A model generated the notes under the pieces. It made no database searches. It saw only the letters and a program-made list of their open reading frames with translations, and had not been told where the DNA came from. Positions 10,087 to 19,828 of a DNA stretch of 64,000 nucleotides are shown here, piece by piece. Numbering within the stretch: the stretch's first letter is position 1; every line of letters starts with the position of its first letter. The DNA is from Candidatus Aminicenantes bacterium UBA6072. Lineage in GTDB: Bacteria > Acidobacteriota > Aminicenantia > UBA2199. The position numbers were made by a program, and so were the translations under genes. The stretch covers positions 26,015-90,014 of the forward strand of contig DIXU01000017.1 of the NCBI GenBank assembly GCA_002436105.1, in the 5' to 3' direction.

Positions 10087-12540
10087 ATGCTGAAGAACAC
10101 CCTGGGTATCACGCTGCGCAGCCTGATAAAGAACAAGGGGATCTTTCTGATCAAGGTATTCGGCCTGGCGGCGGGCATCGCCTGCAGCATGGTGGTCATC
10201 CTCTACGTGGTGAACGAGCTGACCTACGACACCTACCATCCCGACCACGAGCGGATCTTCCGCATCGCCTGCCGCCGCGTCCACGACGGGGGCGAATTCA
10301 CCAATGCCTCGACCCAGGGGCCCCTGGCCGCCGCCATCAAGGAGCAGATCGGCCAGACTGAAACCGTGGCCCGCATGATCCCCCCGCTCGAGAACGCCAA
10401 GCATGTCCTGGTGGCCCGGGGCGAGAGACGCTTCTTCGAGAAGCGCGCCTGGTTCGCCGATCCCGACATTTTCAGCATCCTGAGCATTCCCTTCGTGGCG
10501 GGAAACGCCGGGAACGCCCTGGCGCGCCCGAGAACGGTCGTCATCAGCGAGAGCACGGCCCGGAAATACTTCGCCGGCCTGCCGCCGCTGGGCCGCCGCC
10601 TGACCATCGAGCTGGACTACGACACCGGAGCGGCCGTCACCGAGGATTTCGAAGTGACCGGCGTGGTCCGCGACGCCCCGGCCAACACCCACCTGAAGTA
10701 CGACATGCTGCTCTCCATGGCCACGCTGCTGACGTATGTCCCCACCCTGAACCAGGATTGGGGGGAATATCACCCCAAGTATACCTACGTGAAGCTCCGG
10801 CGCCACGTCAAGCCATCGGCCTTCACAAAACTGCTGCGCCCCTATGCGGAACGGATACGCCAGGCGTTCGCCAGGCGGGCGGGATCCCCGATGCACAAGC
10901 TCGATTTTTTCCTGCAGCCCCTGGCGTCGCTGCATATGGGCTCCAACCTGCCCGACGAGATCGAGCCGGCCGGCAATATCCTTTATGTGTACATCTATTC
11001 CTTCGCCGCCCTGCTGATCCTGCTCATCGGCGCCACCAATTTCGTCAACCTCTCCGCCACCCTCTCCACGACGCGCAGCCGCGAGGTCGGCATCCGCAAG
11101 ACGCTGGGCGGCAGCCGCGGCGACCTGGTCTGGCAATTCCTCGGCGAATCCCTGGTCATCACTCTGATCGCATTCCTGGCCGCGTTCGCCTTCCTGTCGC
11201 TGCTGCTGCGCTTTTTCAACCGCATGGCCGGCACCGCCATCGATTTTCAGGCGCTCGGCCAACCCCTGGTCCTGGCGATGCTGCTGGTTCTTTTCCTGCT
11301 GCTGGGGATCAGCGCCGGCCTGTACCCGGCCATGGTCCTTTCCCGCTTCCAGCCCGTCAGCGTCCTGAAGAACCAGGTCTTTCCCGGGATGCACGGTCAC
11401 GCCGCGCAACGCCTGCTGATCCTGGGGCAGTTCGCCATCGCCATCTTCCTGGTGGTGTGCACGCTGGTGGTGTTCCGCCAGCTGACGTTCATCAAGGGCA
11501 AGGCCCTGGGATTCGACCGCGAGCAGAAGCTGATCCTGGAGATCAAGAGCAACCAGAGCTATTTCCGCCGCAATTATGAAGCCATCAAGAGTGATTTCCT
11601 GAAAGCTCCCGGAATCGGCGCGGCCAGCGTATCCTCGACGGTGCCGGGGGAGGCCTTCGCCGGCGGCTATTCCCTGCAGAAGGGAAGCTCGTTCGGCATC
11701 CTGAACTCGAAGAGGCTGAAGGTCATCACCGTGGACCACGATTTCATCCCCACCTATGGCATCCGCATGACGGCCGGACGGGCGTTTCAGAAAGCGTCGG
11801 GAAACGACGAACAAGGCGCCTACATCGTCAACGAGGCCGGCGCCCGTGAACTTGGCCTGACGCCGGAAAGAGTCCTGGGCACGCAGTGGACCTCGCATTA
11901 TCACCGCAAGACCAAGACGATCGTCGGCGTGACCGCCGATTTTCACTTCCTGGGCATGAAGGACGAGGCTGAACCCCTGGTCCTGGACATCGAAAAATCA
12001 CTGCTGCGGGTCATGACCCTGTCGCTGGACGCGCGGCGCGTTTCCCAAAGCCTGGCCGCCGTAAAGGAAACATGGCGCCGTCATTTTCCCGGCGTCCCGT
12101 TCGAATATTCCTTCCTGGACGAAGCCTTCGGCCGGGTCTACCAGTACGAGGAGCGCATGGGCAACCTGCTGGGGCTGGTCTCCGGCCTGGGCATCGCCAT
12201 CGCCTTCCTCGGGTTGTACGGCATGATCGCGTTCACCATGCGCATGCGGAGGAAAGAGATCGGCATCCGCAGGGTCCTCGGCGCGACATCGACATCCGTC
12301 GCCCTGCTGCTGACCCGGCAATTCGTCTCGCTGGTGTTCCTGGCGGGCTTCCTGGCGGTCCCCCTGGCCTGGATGGCCACGATCCTGTGGCTGCAGGGCT
12401 TCGCCTACCGCATCCAACCGGGATTTGCCGTATTCGCCTTCGCCTTTCTCGCCACCTTCGCGATCGCCATGGCCGCGGTGCTGCTGCAGGCGCTGCGCTC
12501 CGCCCGCGACAACCCGGTGGACGCGCTGCGCAGCGAATAA
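10087..12540 (+). CDS. MacB-like double-FtsX ABC permease (paralog). An alternative start at 9985 is possible.
   Basis: Same architecture; ends DNPVDALRSE. M35 (MLKNTLGITLRSLIKNKG) matches the paralog N-terminal motif better than the Arg/Gly-rich 9985 extension. Confidence 0.8.
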   Translation: MLKNTLGITLRSLIKNKGIFLIKVFGLAAGIACSMVVILYVVNELTYDTYHPDHERIFRIACRRVHDGGEFTNASTQGPLAAAIKEQIGQTETVARMIPPLENAKHVLVARGERRFFEKRAWFADPDIFSILSIPFVAGNAGNALARPRTVVISESTARKYFAGLPPLGRRLTIELDYDTGAAVTEDFEVTGVVRDAPANTHLKYDMLLSMATLLTYVPTLNQDWGEYHPKYTYVKLRRHVKPSAFTKLLRPYAERIRQAFARRAGSPMHKLDFFLQPLASLHMGSNLPDEIEPAGNILYVYIYSFAALLILLIGATNFVNLSATLSTTRSREVGIRKTLGGSRGDLVWQFLGESLVITLIAFLAAFAFLSLLLRFFNRMAGTAIDFQALGQPLVLAMLLVLFLLLGISAGLYPAMVLSRFQPVSVLKNQVFPGMHGHAAQRLLILGQFAIAIFLVVCTLVVFRQLTFIKGKALGFDREQKLILEIKSNQSYFRRNYEAIKSDFLKAPGIGAASVSSTVPGEAFAGGYSLQKGSSFGILNSKRLKVITVDHDFIPTYGIRMTAGRAFQKASGNDEQGAYIVNEAGARELGLTPERVLGTQWTSHYHRKTKTIVGVTADFHFLGMKDEAEPLVLDIEKSLLRVMTLSLDARRVSQSLAAVKETWRRHFPGVPFEYSFLDEAFGRVYQYEERMGNLLGLVSGLGIAIAFLGLYGMIAFTMRMRRKEIGIRRVLGATSTSVALLLTRQFVSLVFLAGFLAVPLAWMATILWLQGFAYRIQPGFAVFAFAFLATFAIAMAAVLLQALRSARDNPVDALRSE

Positions 12541-12704
12541 TCTCGGGCCGGGACCGGAAAACGGTCGGCCGGCAGGCCCGTTCAGTTGGTGCGGTTGTTG
12601 TAATCGGGGACGTTTCAAGAAACAGGCGGCTGCCGGACAGGTCCAAAACCGGAACGGTCACGCCCTGGGCGGAAATTACTTTCCAGCGTCGCGCCGGGGG
12701 CGGG

Positions 12705-13346
12705 TCAGAAGGAGATGCCGGCGCAGAGGAAGGTCTTGAACAGGTGGTAGCGCGCCTTGGGATCGTCGTTGCGCTCGTGGTTGCTGAAGGGCATGAAGAA
12801 GTGGAGCCCCAGGCTGGCGTCGACGGCGCGCAAATATTTCTTGAATTCCTGCAGCCGCAGGCGGGCGGTCGCGTACAGCCCGTATTGCACGCGGTGCAGG
12901 ATGCTGGCCTTCTCGACTTCCTCCTTGTACACGCCCGAGACGTGGGTATAGCGGTTGCTCAGAAAGAGATAGAAGAAGGGGCCGGCCGAAAAATCAAGGG
13001 CAAAGGCCAGCGACTGCCTGGGCAGCGACAGGGGAATCGTCAGCACCTTGCCGACGCCCATGCCCAGGGTGGTTTTTTTCGTGTCCCAAATCCCGTTCTC
13101 GATCGCCAGCCCCTTCCCCGAGATGATGTTGCCGAAGACGAGGAACTCGTGGCGGTGGGGATGGAACGAGGAGAGGACCAGCAGCGTGTCGCGGAAAGAG
13201 GGCTGCGGCTCCTTGTTCCAGATATCGCCGCTGGTAAAGACCGTGAGGCGCTCGCTGGAAAGGAACGAGAGGGAAAGGCCCAGGTCGGCGAACAGCGAGG
13301 CGGCCAGACCCAGCCCCAGGAACAGAAAGACGGTTTTCTTGCTCAT
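12705..13346 (-). CDS. small outer-membrane beta-barrel-like protein (hypothetical)
   Basis: Signal peptide MSKKTVFLFLGLGLAASLFA. Alternating amphipathic strands. C-terminal aromatic residue (…GISF). The ORF track's longer N-terminus is an extension. Confidence 0.5.
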   Translation of the reverse strand: MSKKTVFLFLGLGLAASLFADLGLSLSFLSSERLTVFTSGDIWNKEPQPSFRDTLLVLSSFHPHRHEFLVFGNIISGKGLAIENGIWDTKKTTLGMGVGKVLTIPLSLPRQSLAFALDFSAGPFFYLFLSNRYTHVSGVYKEEVEKASILHRVQYGLYATARLRLQEFKKYLRAVDASLGLHFFMPFSNHERNDDPKARYHLFKTFLCAGISF

Positions 13347-13362
13347 CGTTCTCTCCTTTGCC

Positions 13363-14478
13363 TCAAAGCTCCCGCACGGCAAGCTTGACGCCGATCCGGG
13401 AGCGGGCCAGGGCCAGGTCACGCTCCAGCGCCTGGTTGGTTTCCCGCGCCCCGGGCAGGTCGCGGGTGGTTTCCTCGGTCTTTCTTTCGCGCTTGAAGAC
13501 CTTGGGCAGCTTGCTCAGCGCCGACAGGCTGAAGCCGATGCCGGCCAGGTTGAACACCCGCCGCGTACCGTAGAGCGAGGACTTGGCGAACAGCGACGTG
13601 TCGGCGCTGTCGATGGTCGAAGTGATCAGGGTGGCGTTGACTACGAAGAAAGCGGCGCCGATCAGCAGGTCCTTGAGCACCGTCTTCTTGAAGAGTCCCT
13701 TGTCGAAACGCGTGCGCTGCGAAATGACTTTCGTCTCCGTCTCTTGTTCGGGCTGCGGCGCGCGCCCCTTGAGCGCCAGCGTCCCGGACAGGGGGTCGAA
13801 CTCGACTTCGGCCGGGACGTCGTATTCGAGCTCGACAACGAAGTACTTCTCGATCGTCCGCTCCGGGGCGCCGCGCGGAGTCAGCAGCAGGCGGAACGGG
13901 TGGCTGGCACTGTGAAAAAAATCGCTGCCTGCCGGCAGCCGCACCGTCTCGATGCCGGCACCCAGCACACCCTTGGCCAGCAGCGCGCCGTCCCGGGCCA
14001 GGAGCTGAAAGTCGCAGGGCATCGAGGCCTGCAGCCGCAGCTTCAGCTCGGCAGGGGGATCGAAATAGGCGACCGAGGTATGCTCCGGCGCCAGCGAAAG
14101 CTCCCACAGGACGGGAAAATCCCTCCTCCACGACAACCGGAAATCGTTGATCTTTCTGCGGTCCGGGCCGGGCAGGAACGCCAGGTTGACCTCGGTGGCG
14201 CGGAATTCGCCGAGATACTTGTTCATCCAGAACAGCTCGGCCTGGGCATTGCCGGTCCGGGAATGGCAGTAGCCGATGATCAGGCTGGCCGCCGCCTTGT
14301 CCTTGTCGCTCAACAGCGGGAATCGCCCCTGCAGGGATTCGATCAGCCGCGGATGGTCGCTCTCGCTGGCGATGAGCCGCCGGGCCTCCGCCTTCCATTC
14401 CGCAGCGGGCGCCGCGGCCCAGGCAGCCTGGAACAGAAGAAGGGCCGAAAGGAACAGGATCGATCGTTTCACGGCCAT
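13363..14478 (-). CDS. secreted hypothetical protein (371 aa)
   Basis: Cleavable signal peptide (MAVKRSILFLSALLLFQAAWAAAPA) and normal composition. Lies directly upstream of and co-oriented with the OMP-like gene. Confidence 0.5.
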   Translation of the reverse strand: MAVKRSILFLSALLLFQAAWAAAPAAEWKAEARRLIASESDHPRLIESLQGRFPLLSDKDKAAASLIIGYCHSRTGNAQAELFWMNKYLGEFRATEVNLAFLPGPDRRKINDFRLSWRRDFPVLWELSLAPEHTSVAYFDPPAELKLRLQASMPCDFQLLARDGALLAKGVLGAGIETVRLPAGSDFFHSASHPFRLLLTPRGAPERTIEKYFVVELEYDVPAEVEFDPLSGTLALKGRAPQPEQETETKVISQRTRFDKGLFKKTVLKDLLIGAAFFVVNATLITSTIDSADTSLFAKSSLYGTRRVFNLAGIGFSLSALSKLPKVFKRERKTEETTRDLPGARETNQALERDLALARSRIGVKLAVREL

Positions 14479-14579
14479 CGGGTCCTCCTTGCGGGATCGG
14501 AAAAATCATAGCACAGGGAAAAAACAAATCAAACCGTGGCTGGAGTTTTCCCCGGGAGGACGCCTCGCGTCCGGGAAGT

Positions 14580-15515
14580 TCACCCGTTCAACATGCCGCG
14601 GACCACGGCATTTCCCGCACCGCTACCCGGCGTCTGATGCGTGCCGGCGAGGACATTGCCGCTGGGATCCTGCCCGTAAAATTCCTCCAGCAGCGAGAAA
14701 AGCCGCGGGCAGGAAGCGCCGAGGCGGATCGGGTCTTCAAAAAACAACTCGCTGGCGCAGGCGAAGAACTCGGCTTCGTTCCGGGCGGCATAGTCGGGCA
14801 GTGGCGAAGCGGCAAAATCGTGCCGTTCGTACGCCTTTTCGATGGCCACGCTCCAGGGAATGGGGCGCACCGAGTCCGCGACGATACGCAGGCCGCCCTT
14901 TCTCGCCTCCAGGTCGAAGTAATGCGCCAGCTCGTGGATCATGACGTTGATGCCGTCACGTTCGCCGGCGAACCCCTCCAACAGGCTTTTTTCCGCCACC
15001 AGCAGCGGCCCGCCCGCCGGGGCCTGCCCGGCGATGCTGCCCCGGCCGGGGCGATAGTTCCTGTCAAAGGCGAACCCGGGATAAACCGTCACCCCGTCGA
15101 GCAGCGGCGGCTCCCAATCCGGGCGTCCGTGAAGCATGGTCGCGGCGCCGGCGGCGACCAGCAGCTCCGTCGGCCAGGAGACCGGGGCGCCGCCGCTGCC
15201 GGCAATGCGCGTCTCGGCCAGGAACAGGCGCACGTCGCGTTCAAAGCGCTGCCGGCCGCTATCGTCCAGGCCGCGATAGAAGGGCGATCGGGACAGCAGG
15301 AACTCGCGCCACTCGCCGGGGAAAGGGGCATGGACCGCCTGGCGCCGGCGCAGGGGACGGCGCAGGGCCAGGAGCAAATAGGCGGCCAGCATGGCCAGCG
15401 CCAGGGCGAACAATGCCGGGATGCCGGTGACAAGCCAGGCAACGAGGCCGACCAGGGGGATGAGCAGGGCATACAGACCGATGAAAAACAGGTCGAAGCC
15501 CGGGACGATGCGCAT
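14580..15515 (-). CDS. membrane-anchored zinc metallopeptidase, MtfA/M90-like
   Basis: Two N-terminal TM helices, then an HEXXH motif (MIHELAHYFD) in an MtfA-like context (…FFACASELFFE). Confidence 0.55.
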   Translation of the reverse strand: MRIVPGFDLFFIGLYALLIPLVGLVAWLVTGIPALFALALAMLAAYLLLALRRPLRRRQAVHAPFPGEWREFLLSRSPFYRGLDDSGRQRFERDVRLFLAETRIAGSGGAPVSWPTELLVAAGAATMLHGRPDWEPPLLDGVTVYPGFAFDRNYRPGRGSIAGQAPAGGPLLVAEKSLLEGFAGERDGINVMIHELAHYFDLEARKGGLRIVADSVRPIPWSVAIEKAYERHDFAASPLPDYAARNEAEFFACASELFFEDPIRLGASCPRLFSLLEEFYGQDPSGNVLAGTHQTPGSGAGNAVVRGMLNG

Positions 15516-15530
15516 GGCTGGCGGCCGCCT

Positions 15531-16925
15531 TCAGCGCACCCGGCCGCGCGCCAGCGAAAAGAAGACGCCGGTGGAGCACAACAGGAAGAAGATGATGAAT
15601 GACACGCGCATGCTCTTGAGGAAGAGCGCGTGATTGGCCGGGACGATGCTCGCCTTGCCGATGAACAGGGAGAAGACCAGGGTGGCCACGCCCATGCTCA
15701 GCATCTGGCCGACCATGCGCATGGTCCCCAGGGTGGCCGAGGCCACGCCGTACTGCCGGCGCCCGACGGCACCCATGACGGCGTTGGTGTTGGGCGAGGA
15801 GAACAGGGCGAAACCGAAGCCGACCAGCATCAGGTTGGCCACGATGGACGTCAGCCGGCTGGCCGGCCCCAGCCAGGTGAAGAAGAACAGGCCCAGGGCG
15901 CACAGGCCCATGCCCAGTGAGGCGACCACCCGCGGCTCCAGCCGGTCGGAAAGGCGGCCGGCGGCGGGGGAAAAGAGGGCCATGACCAGCGGCTGGGCGA
16001 TCAGCACCAGCCCGGCGTCGCGCGGGGTGAAGCCCATGACATACTGCAGGTAAAGGCTGAGCAGGAACGAGATGGCGAACGTGGCGCTGTAATTGACCAG
16101 CGCCGCCAGGTTGGAGAAGGCGAAAACGGTATTGCCGCGCACGAGCCGGGCCTGGAAAATGGGATGGGCATGGCGCGACTCCCAGGCGATGAAAACCGGG
16201 AGCGCCGTGGCCGCGGCCAACAGCATGGTCGCGCCGCGCCAGCCCGGCAGCCAGGTGAAACCGAGCATGAAGGCGGTGAGCATGGCGCTGTAGATCAGCG
16301 AGCCGATCCAGTCGAAAAGCTCGCCCCGGGAATCGGCCCATTCCGGCTTGAGCTTCCGGTGGACGACGGCCAGCACCAGCAGGCCGACGGGGACATTGAG
16401 CAGGAATACCCAGCGCCAGCCCAGATAGTGGGTCAGCAGACCGCCGACGAACGGGCCGAGCGAAAGGCCGGTATAGGTCGCGCCCACGTTGATGCCCAGC
16501 ACCCATCCGCGCCGCCGCGGCGGGAAGACCGAAGTGAGGATGGCCACGCCGGTGCCGAAGATCATGGCCCCGCCCGTTCCCTGCAGCAGGCGGGCCAGGA
16601 GGAGGGTGACCGTGCCGGGCGCCAGGGCGGCCAGCAGCGAGGCGGCGCTGAACACCGCCGTGCCGACGGTGAACACCTTCTTGCGGCCATGAATATCGGC
16701 CAAACGGCCGAAGGGCAGGAGGAAGACGGCCGCCGCCAGCAGGTAGGCGCTCGCCACCCAGCCCAGGGTGACGGCGCTCATGGCGAACTCGGCGCCGATG
16801 GCCGGCAGGGCGACGCTGATCGCCGAGGCCATCAGTGGCGTCAGCAGGGAGCTCAGTGTCGTGACCAGGAGCGTGGTGCGCTGCAGGGAACGGTCTTCGT
16901 TGCGGCTTTTTTCCATGGGCGGCAA
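15531..16925 (-). CDS. MFS transporter, DHA2 (EmrB/QacA-like, 14-TMS) family
   Basis: 464 aa. Conserved MFS motifs (GRLADIHGRKKV; LLQGTGGAMIFG) and 14 predicted TM segments. Confidence 0.8.
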   Translation of the reverse strand: MPPMEKSRNEDRSLQRTTLLVTTLSSLLTPLMASAISVALPAIGAEFAMSAVTLGWVASAYLLAAAVFLLPFGRLADIHGRKKVFTVGTAVFSAASLLAALAPGTVTLLLARLLQGTGGAMIFGTGVAILTSVFPPRRRGWVLGINVGATYTGLSLGPFVGGLLTHYLGWRWVFLLNVPVGLLVLAVVHRKLKPEWADSRGELFDWIGSLIYSAMLTAFMLGFTWLPGWRGATMLLAAATALPVFIAWESRHAHPIFQARLVRGNTVFAFSNLAALVNYSATFAISFLLSLYLQYVMGFTPRDAGLVLIAQPLVMALFSPAAGRLSDRLEPRVVASLGMGLCALGLFFFTWLGPASRLTSIVANLMLVGFGFALFSSPNTNAVMGAVGRRQYGVASATLGTMRMVGQMLSMGVATLVFSLFIGKASIVPANHALFLKSMRVSFIIFFLLCSTGVFFSLARGRVR

Positions 16926-17149
16926 TCGATTCTATCGCGCCGGATCATGGGTGTCAATGACTTGAATGGATCGAAGCGGGACGCCCCCGGTTGCCGCAGG
17001 ACGGAGGCAGCCAAGGAAGGATCTATCGTTATGCGTCAGGCGAAAGAACAAAAGAATGAAAAAAGCCTTGGGCGAGAGGCAAGGGGTGAGTGGCTAGAGG
17101 AAAGAAAGGCAATCGGTGTAAGGCGCAGGGCGGAGGGAAGATGACATTC

Positions 17150-17600
17150 CAACATAAAAGTTTAAAGTTTAAAGTAAAAAGTTTAAAGTAAGAAAAATTA
17201 CTTCATGGAAAAAAGGCGCTGAAAGGGCTTTTGTTTTAAAAATTGATATTCAGATCTGCATGCTCGATTGGAGAATACCTTTGCACAAAATTCCATTCTT
17301 CACTATCACTACCACTATCACTACCACTAAGACCTGTTAAGACCCATCAGGGGCATCACCACCTATCAGGCCTCCTGCTAACACTATCACTAACACTAAC
17401 ACTCGACTTTGTATTGCCCTGCTGACACTGACACTGTCACTGACACTTGCCTTGGCTTTCGTTTTGAAAATTGGAATTTGGATGTTGTTTGTTATTTGGT
17501 ATTTGGGATTTGGTATTTTAGTCTTCGTATTGCTTCTTCTCTTGCCGTAAACCGTCAACCGTCTACCTTAAACCGATTTCAATTCAAGACGATTGACGTT
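17150..17600. repeat. intergenic repeat island A: degenerate tandem 6-12-mers
   Basis: Tandem arrays read directly: AAAGTTTA x4 (17155-17195), CACTATCACTAC x2.5 (17301-17330), CTAACA/CTATCA (17378-17403), TGACAC/TGTCAC x4 (17423-17447), ATTTGGN array (17461-17520), AACCGTC-like module (17545-17580). Confidence 0.8.
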
Positions 17601-17607
17601 GCCTCGC

Positions 17608-18387
17608 CTATTCCGCTTCGCGGATCGCCTGCTCCAGCCGGGGATTGATCCGGGCTTTCAGCTTCCCGGCCCGCTCGAGCCACTCGCGCGCCTTGTCCAG
17701 TCGCCGGGTGACGAAATAGACGTTGATCAGGTTGTTCAGGCAGCGCTCGTGGGCGGGCTCAATGGCCAGCGCCAGCAGGTACTGGGCCTCGGCCTCGTCC
17801 AGGCGCCGCAGCTTGAAGAGGAGGTTTCCGTGCAGGGCATGAAACTCGGCCGGGATCTCGAAGGGGGAAGCGCCGTCCCCGATGACGTCGGCGGTGGCCC
17901 GGCCGGTCTTCTTGCTTTCATAGGCGCGATCCACGGAAACGCAGGCCAGGCTGCTGGTGCTGCCGCCGATGCTTTGGGCGGCGAGTTCGCGCATGCGTTT
18001 CTCGTCCTCCCTGGACATGGACAGCCAGTTCGTTTTCTGGTTCTTCCACACCTGCTGCATGGCGAGACAGCCATTCTCGGCCCGCTCGATCCAGGCCAGC
18101 GCCGCGGCGATCTCTCCCGCCTGGTTGGCGACCACTGCCTTTCCATAGGCGGCGTTGGGGTGCCCGGGCAGGATCGCCAGGCAACGGTCGAGTTCCTTCC
18201 CTGCCTGCTCCCAGTTCCCGGCCGCCGCCAGCTCGAGCCCGCTGTTCGCCGCCGGCAGGACCGAATGGTACTTGCGCAGCATCTCGATGTCCTGCTCCAG
18301 GCTGGTGTTCTTCTGGGCCGTGAGGGCCAGCGCGAGCAGGAAACACGCGCCGCCGGCGGAAACGAGCCGATGCTTGCCTTTCATCAT
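17608..18387 (-). CDS. TPR-repeat protein, secreted or periplasmic
   Basis: Signal peptide from MMKGKHRLVSAGGACFLLALALTA (alternative ATG at 18450 in the ORF track). TPR-like helical repeats. Confidence 0.6.
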   Translation of the reverse strand: MMKGKHRLVSAGGACFLLALALTAQKNTSLEQDIEMLRKYHSVLPAANSGLELAAAGNWEQAGKELDRCLAILPGHPNAAYGKAVVANQAGEIAAALAWIERAENGCLAMQQVWKNQKTNWLSMSREDEKRMRELAAQSIGGSTSSLACVSVDRAYESKKTGRATADVIGDGASPFEIPAEFHALHGNLLFKLRRLDEAEAQYLLALAIEPAHERCLNNLINVYFVTRRLDKAREWLERAGKLKARINPRLEQAIREAE

Positions 18388-18877
18388 GATCTCACCTGAA
18401 TGAATTATACCATACATTAGGTTCAAGCCAACCGCGGCAGCAGGAATCAAGACGATCCAAAAGTGCCAGAGATAGTGGTAGCGTTAGCGGGAACCAAGGA
18501 AATCGGTTTACGGAGGACGGTTTCCAAAGCAAAGAACAAGCGATTGTTGATGGGTAGAAGAGTAGAAGGGTTGATGGGTCAGCAGCCCTTGATTGGGCCA
18601 TGCCTGAACCCTTCAACTCTTGAACTCTTTAACTCTTCAACTTTTTTGTTTGGGTCAAAGTCCCTGCCCGGGGAAATGTTAGTGACAGTGTCAGCAGGAA
18701 ATGAAAGGAATCAATATGCGGTAGACGGTTGACGGGAAGAGAGGAATTTCACCTTCAACCTTACGCCCTGAACCTTACGCCAAGTTCCGTTCTGCCTCGT
18801 CACGCGTTTCGCGTTACGCGTCACGAAGATTTATTTTTTTTTCCTTCGCGTCACGCGTCACGATTTACCCTGGGGAG
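18388..18877. repeat. repeat island B (core 18525-18712), inverted partner of island D
   Basis: Core is near-identical (about 3 mismatches by eye over ~188 bp) to the reverse complement of 26634-26820. Flanked by GGTTTACGG/GACGGTT modules. CGTCACG heptamer arrays at 18800-18860. Confidence 0.85.
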
Positions 18878-19828
18878 TCAGAACAGCCGCTTCTGCTCCG
18901 GGGCTTCCCTGGCCGCCGCGGCGCGGATGACCGCAACGACCGGCCCGGCGCCGGCGGCGGGGTCCCAGGACACCGCGCCCCTGCGGATCAGCTCCCGGTT
19001 CCCCTCGGCAGGGCAGGAGAAGCAGGCGGGCGCGGCCGCGAACACGGGGATGCCGAGCTGGAAAGCAGCCCGGGCGGCGTTGAAGGAGCCGCTCATGCGC
19101 CGGTCGGCGTCGCGCTCGGGACCGGAGATGACCACGACCAGCGCGTCGGAGAGGGCGGCGACGATCCGGTTGCGCGCCATGGCCTGGAAGGCGGCCCACC
19201 TGGCGTCAGGGGCGAACTGGGAGACCACCAGGATGTTGTCCACCGCCAGATGCTCCTGCAGCTCGGGCCGGGTCTGGAAACGGTGCAGCCCCTCGGCCAA
19301 GACCAGGGTGGTCGTGCCGCCGGCGCGCAGGGCGGCCGCGTGGGCGGCGCTGTCGATCCCGGCGGCATAGCCCGAGACGACATTGGCTCCCCGCGCGGCC
19401 AGTCCGGCGGCCAGGGCAGCGGCGGCCGCCAGGGCATCCTCCCCGGCCTGGCGCTTGCCAACGATCGCCGCACCCGGTTGCTCCAGCAGGGCGACGTTGC
19501 CCCTCACGTACAGCAGCGCCGGCAGGGCGAGCTTTTCCTCCAGGATCCTGAGCCGTCGCGGGAAGTCGGGATGGAGAGGGTGCAGCAGGGTCACCTCCCG
19601 CCCGGGGAAACTCTCTCCGCCATCGCGCTCATGGAGAGTAAGATCGGGAATGGCGAAGCCCGCCCGGCTCACTCCCAGCGCTTCGCCCAGTTTTTCGGGG
19701 TGCTCGACAAGCCAGGAGGCCGCCAGACCCCTGCCTTCCAGGAAGGCGGCGATGCGCCACAGCGCCCTGGGCCCCAGCCCCCTGACGGCGGCCAAAGCGC
19801 GCCAGGCCCGGCCTTCGGGGGTGTTCAT
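18878..19828 (-). CDS. dprA: DNA processing protein DprA (Smf)
   Basis: N-terminal SAM-like region and Rossmann-fold core (GxAxGIDxxAH, VVISG-like motifs). Start MNTPEGRAW overlaps the upstream stop as ATGA. The ORF-track 529-aa version carries an Arg/Pro-rich artefactual extension. Confidence 0.8.
   Translation of the reverse strand: MNTPEGRAWRALAAVRGLGPRALWRIAAFLEGRGLAASWLVEHPEKLGEALGVSRAGFAIPDLTLHERDGGESFPGREVTLLHPLHPDFPRRLRILEEKLALPALLYVRGNVALLEQPGAAIVGKRQAGEDALAAAAALAAGLAARGANVVSGYAAGIDSAAHAAALRAGGTTTLVLAEGLHRFQTRPELQEHLAVDNILVVSQFAPDARWAAFQAMARNRIVAALSDALVVVISGPERDADRRMSGSFNAARAAFQLGIPVFAAAPACFSCPAEGNRELIRRGAVSWDPAAGAGPVVAVIRAAAAREAPEQKRLF

Noticed and set aside
12072-14511. Plus-strand ORFs 12072..13388 and 13048..14511 (438 and 487 aa)
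   Set aside because: Their composition is Arg/Pro/Gly-rich artefact. The minus-strand genes in the same space have signal peptides and natural composition.
14545-14575. GGACGC-ctc-GCGTCC hairpin after the M90 peptidase gene as an intrinsic terminator
   Set aside because: The stem is only 6 bp with no following U-run on the transcribed strand. That is insufficient to call.
17243-17648. Three overlapping 60-79-aa ORFs inside island A, and likewise 34216..34434 and 34589..34846 in island E
   Set aside because: They lie in tandem-repeat DNA and have repetitive low-complexity products (for example SLPLSLPL, KYQITNNIQIP). They are on both strands with no start context.
18463-18732. 89-aa ORF (+) and its mirror 26574..26756 (-) with nearly identical protein sequence
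   Set aside because: They are encoded entirely by the inverted-repeat island cores, and the shared protein sequence is a by-product of the DNA repeat. There is no RBS, and the low-complexity tandem codons (LELFNSSTFLF) look repeat-derived.
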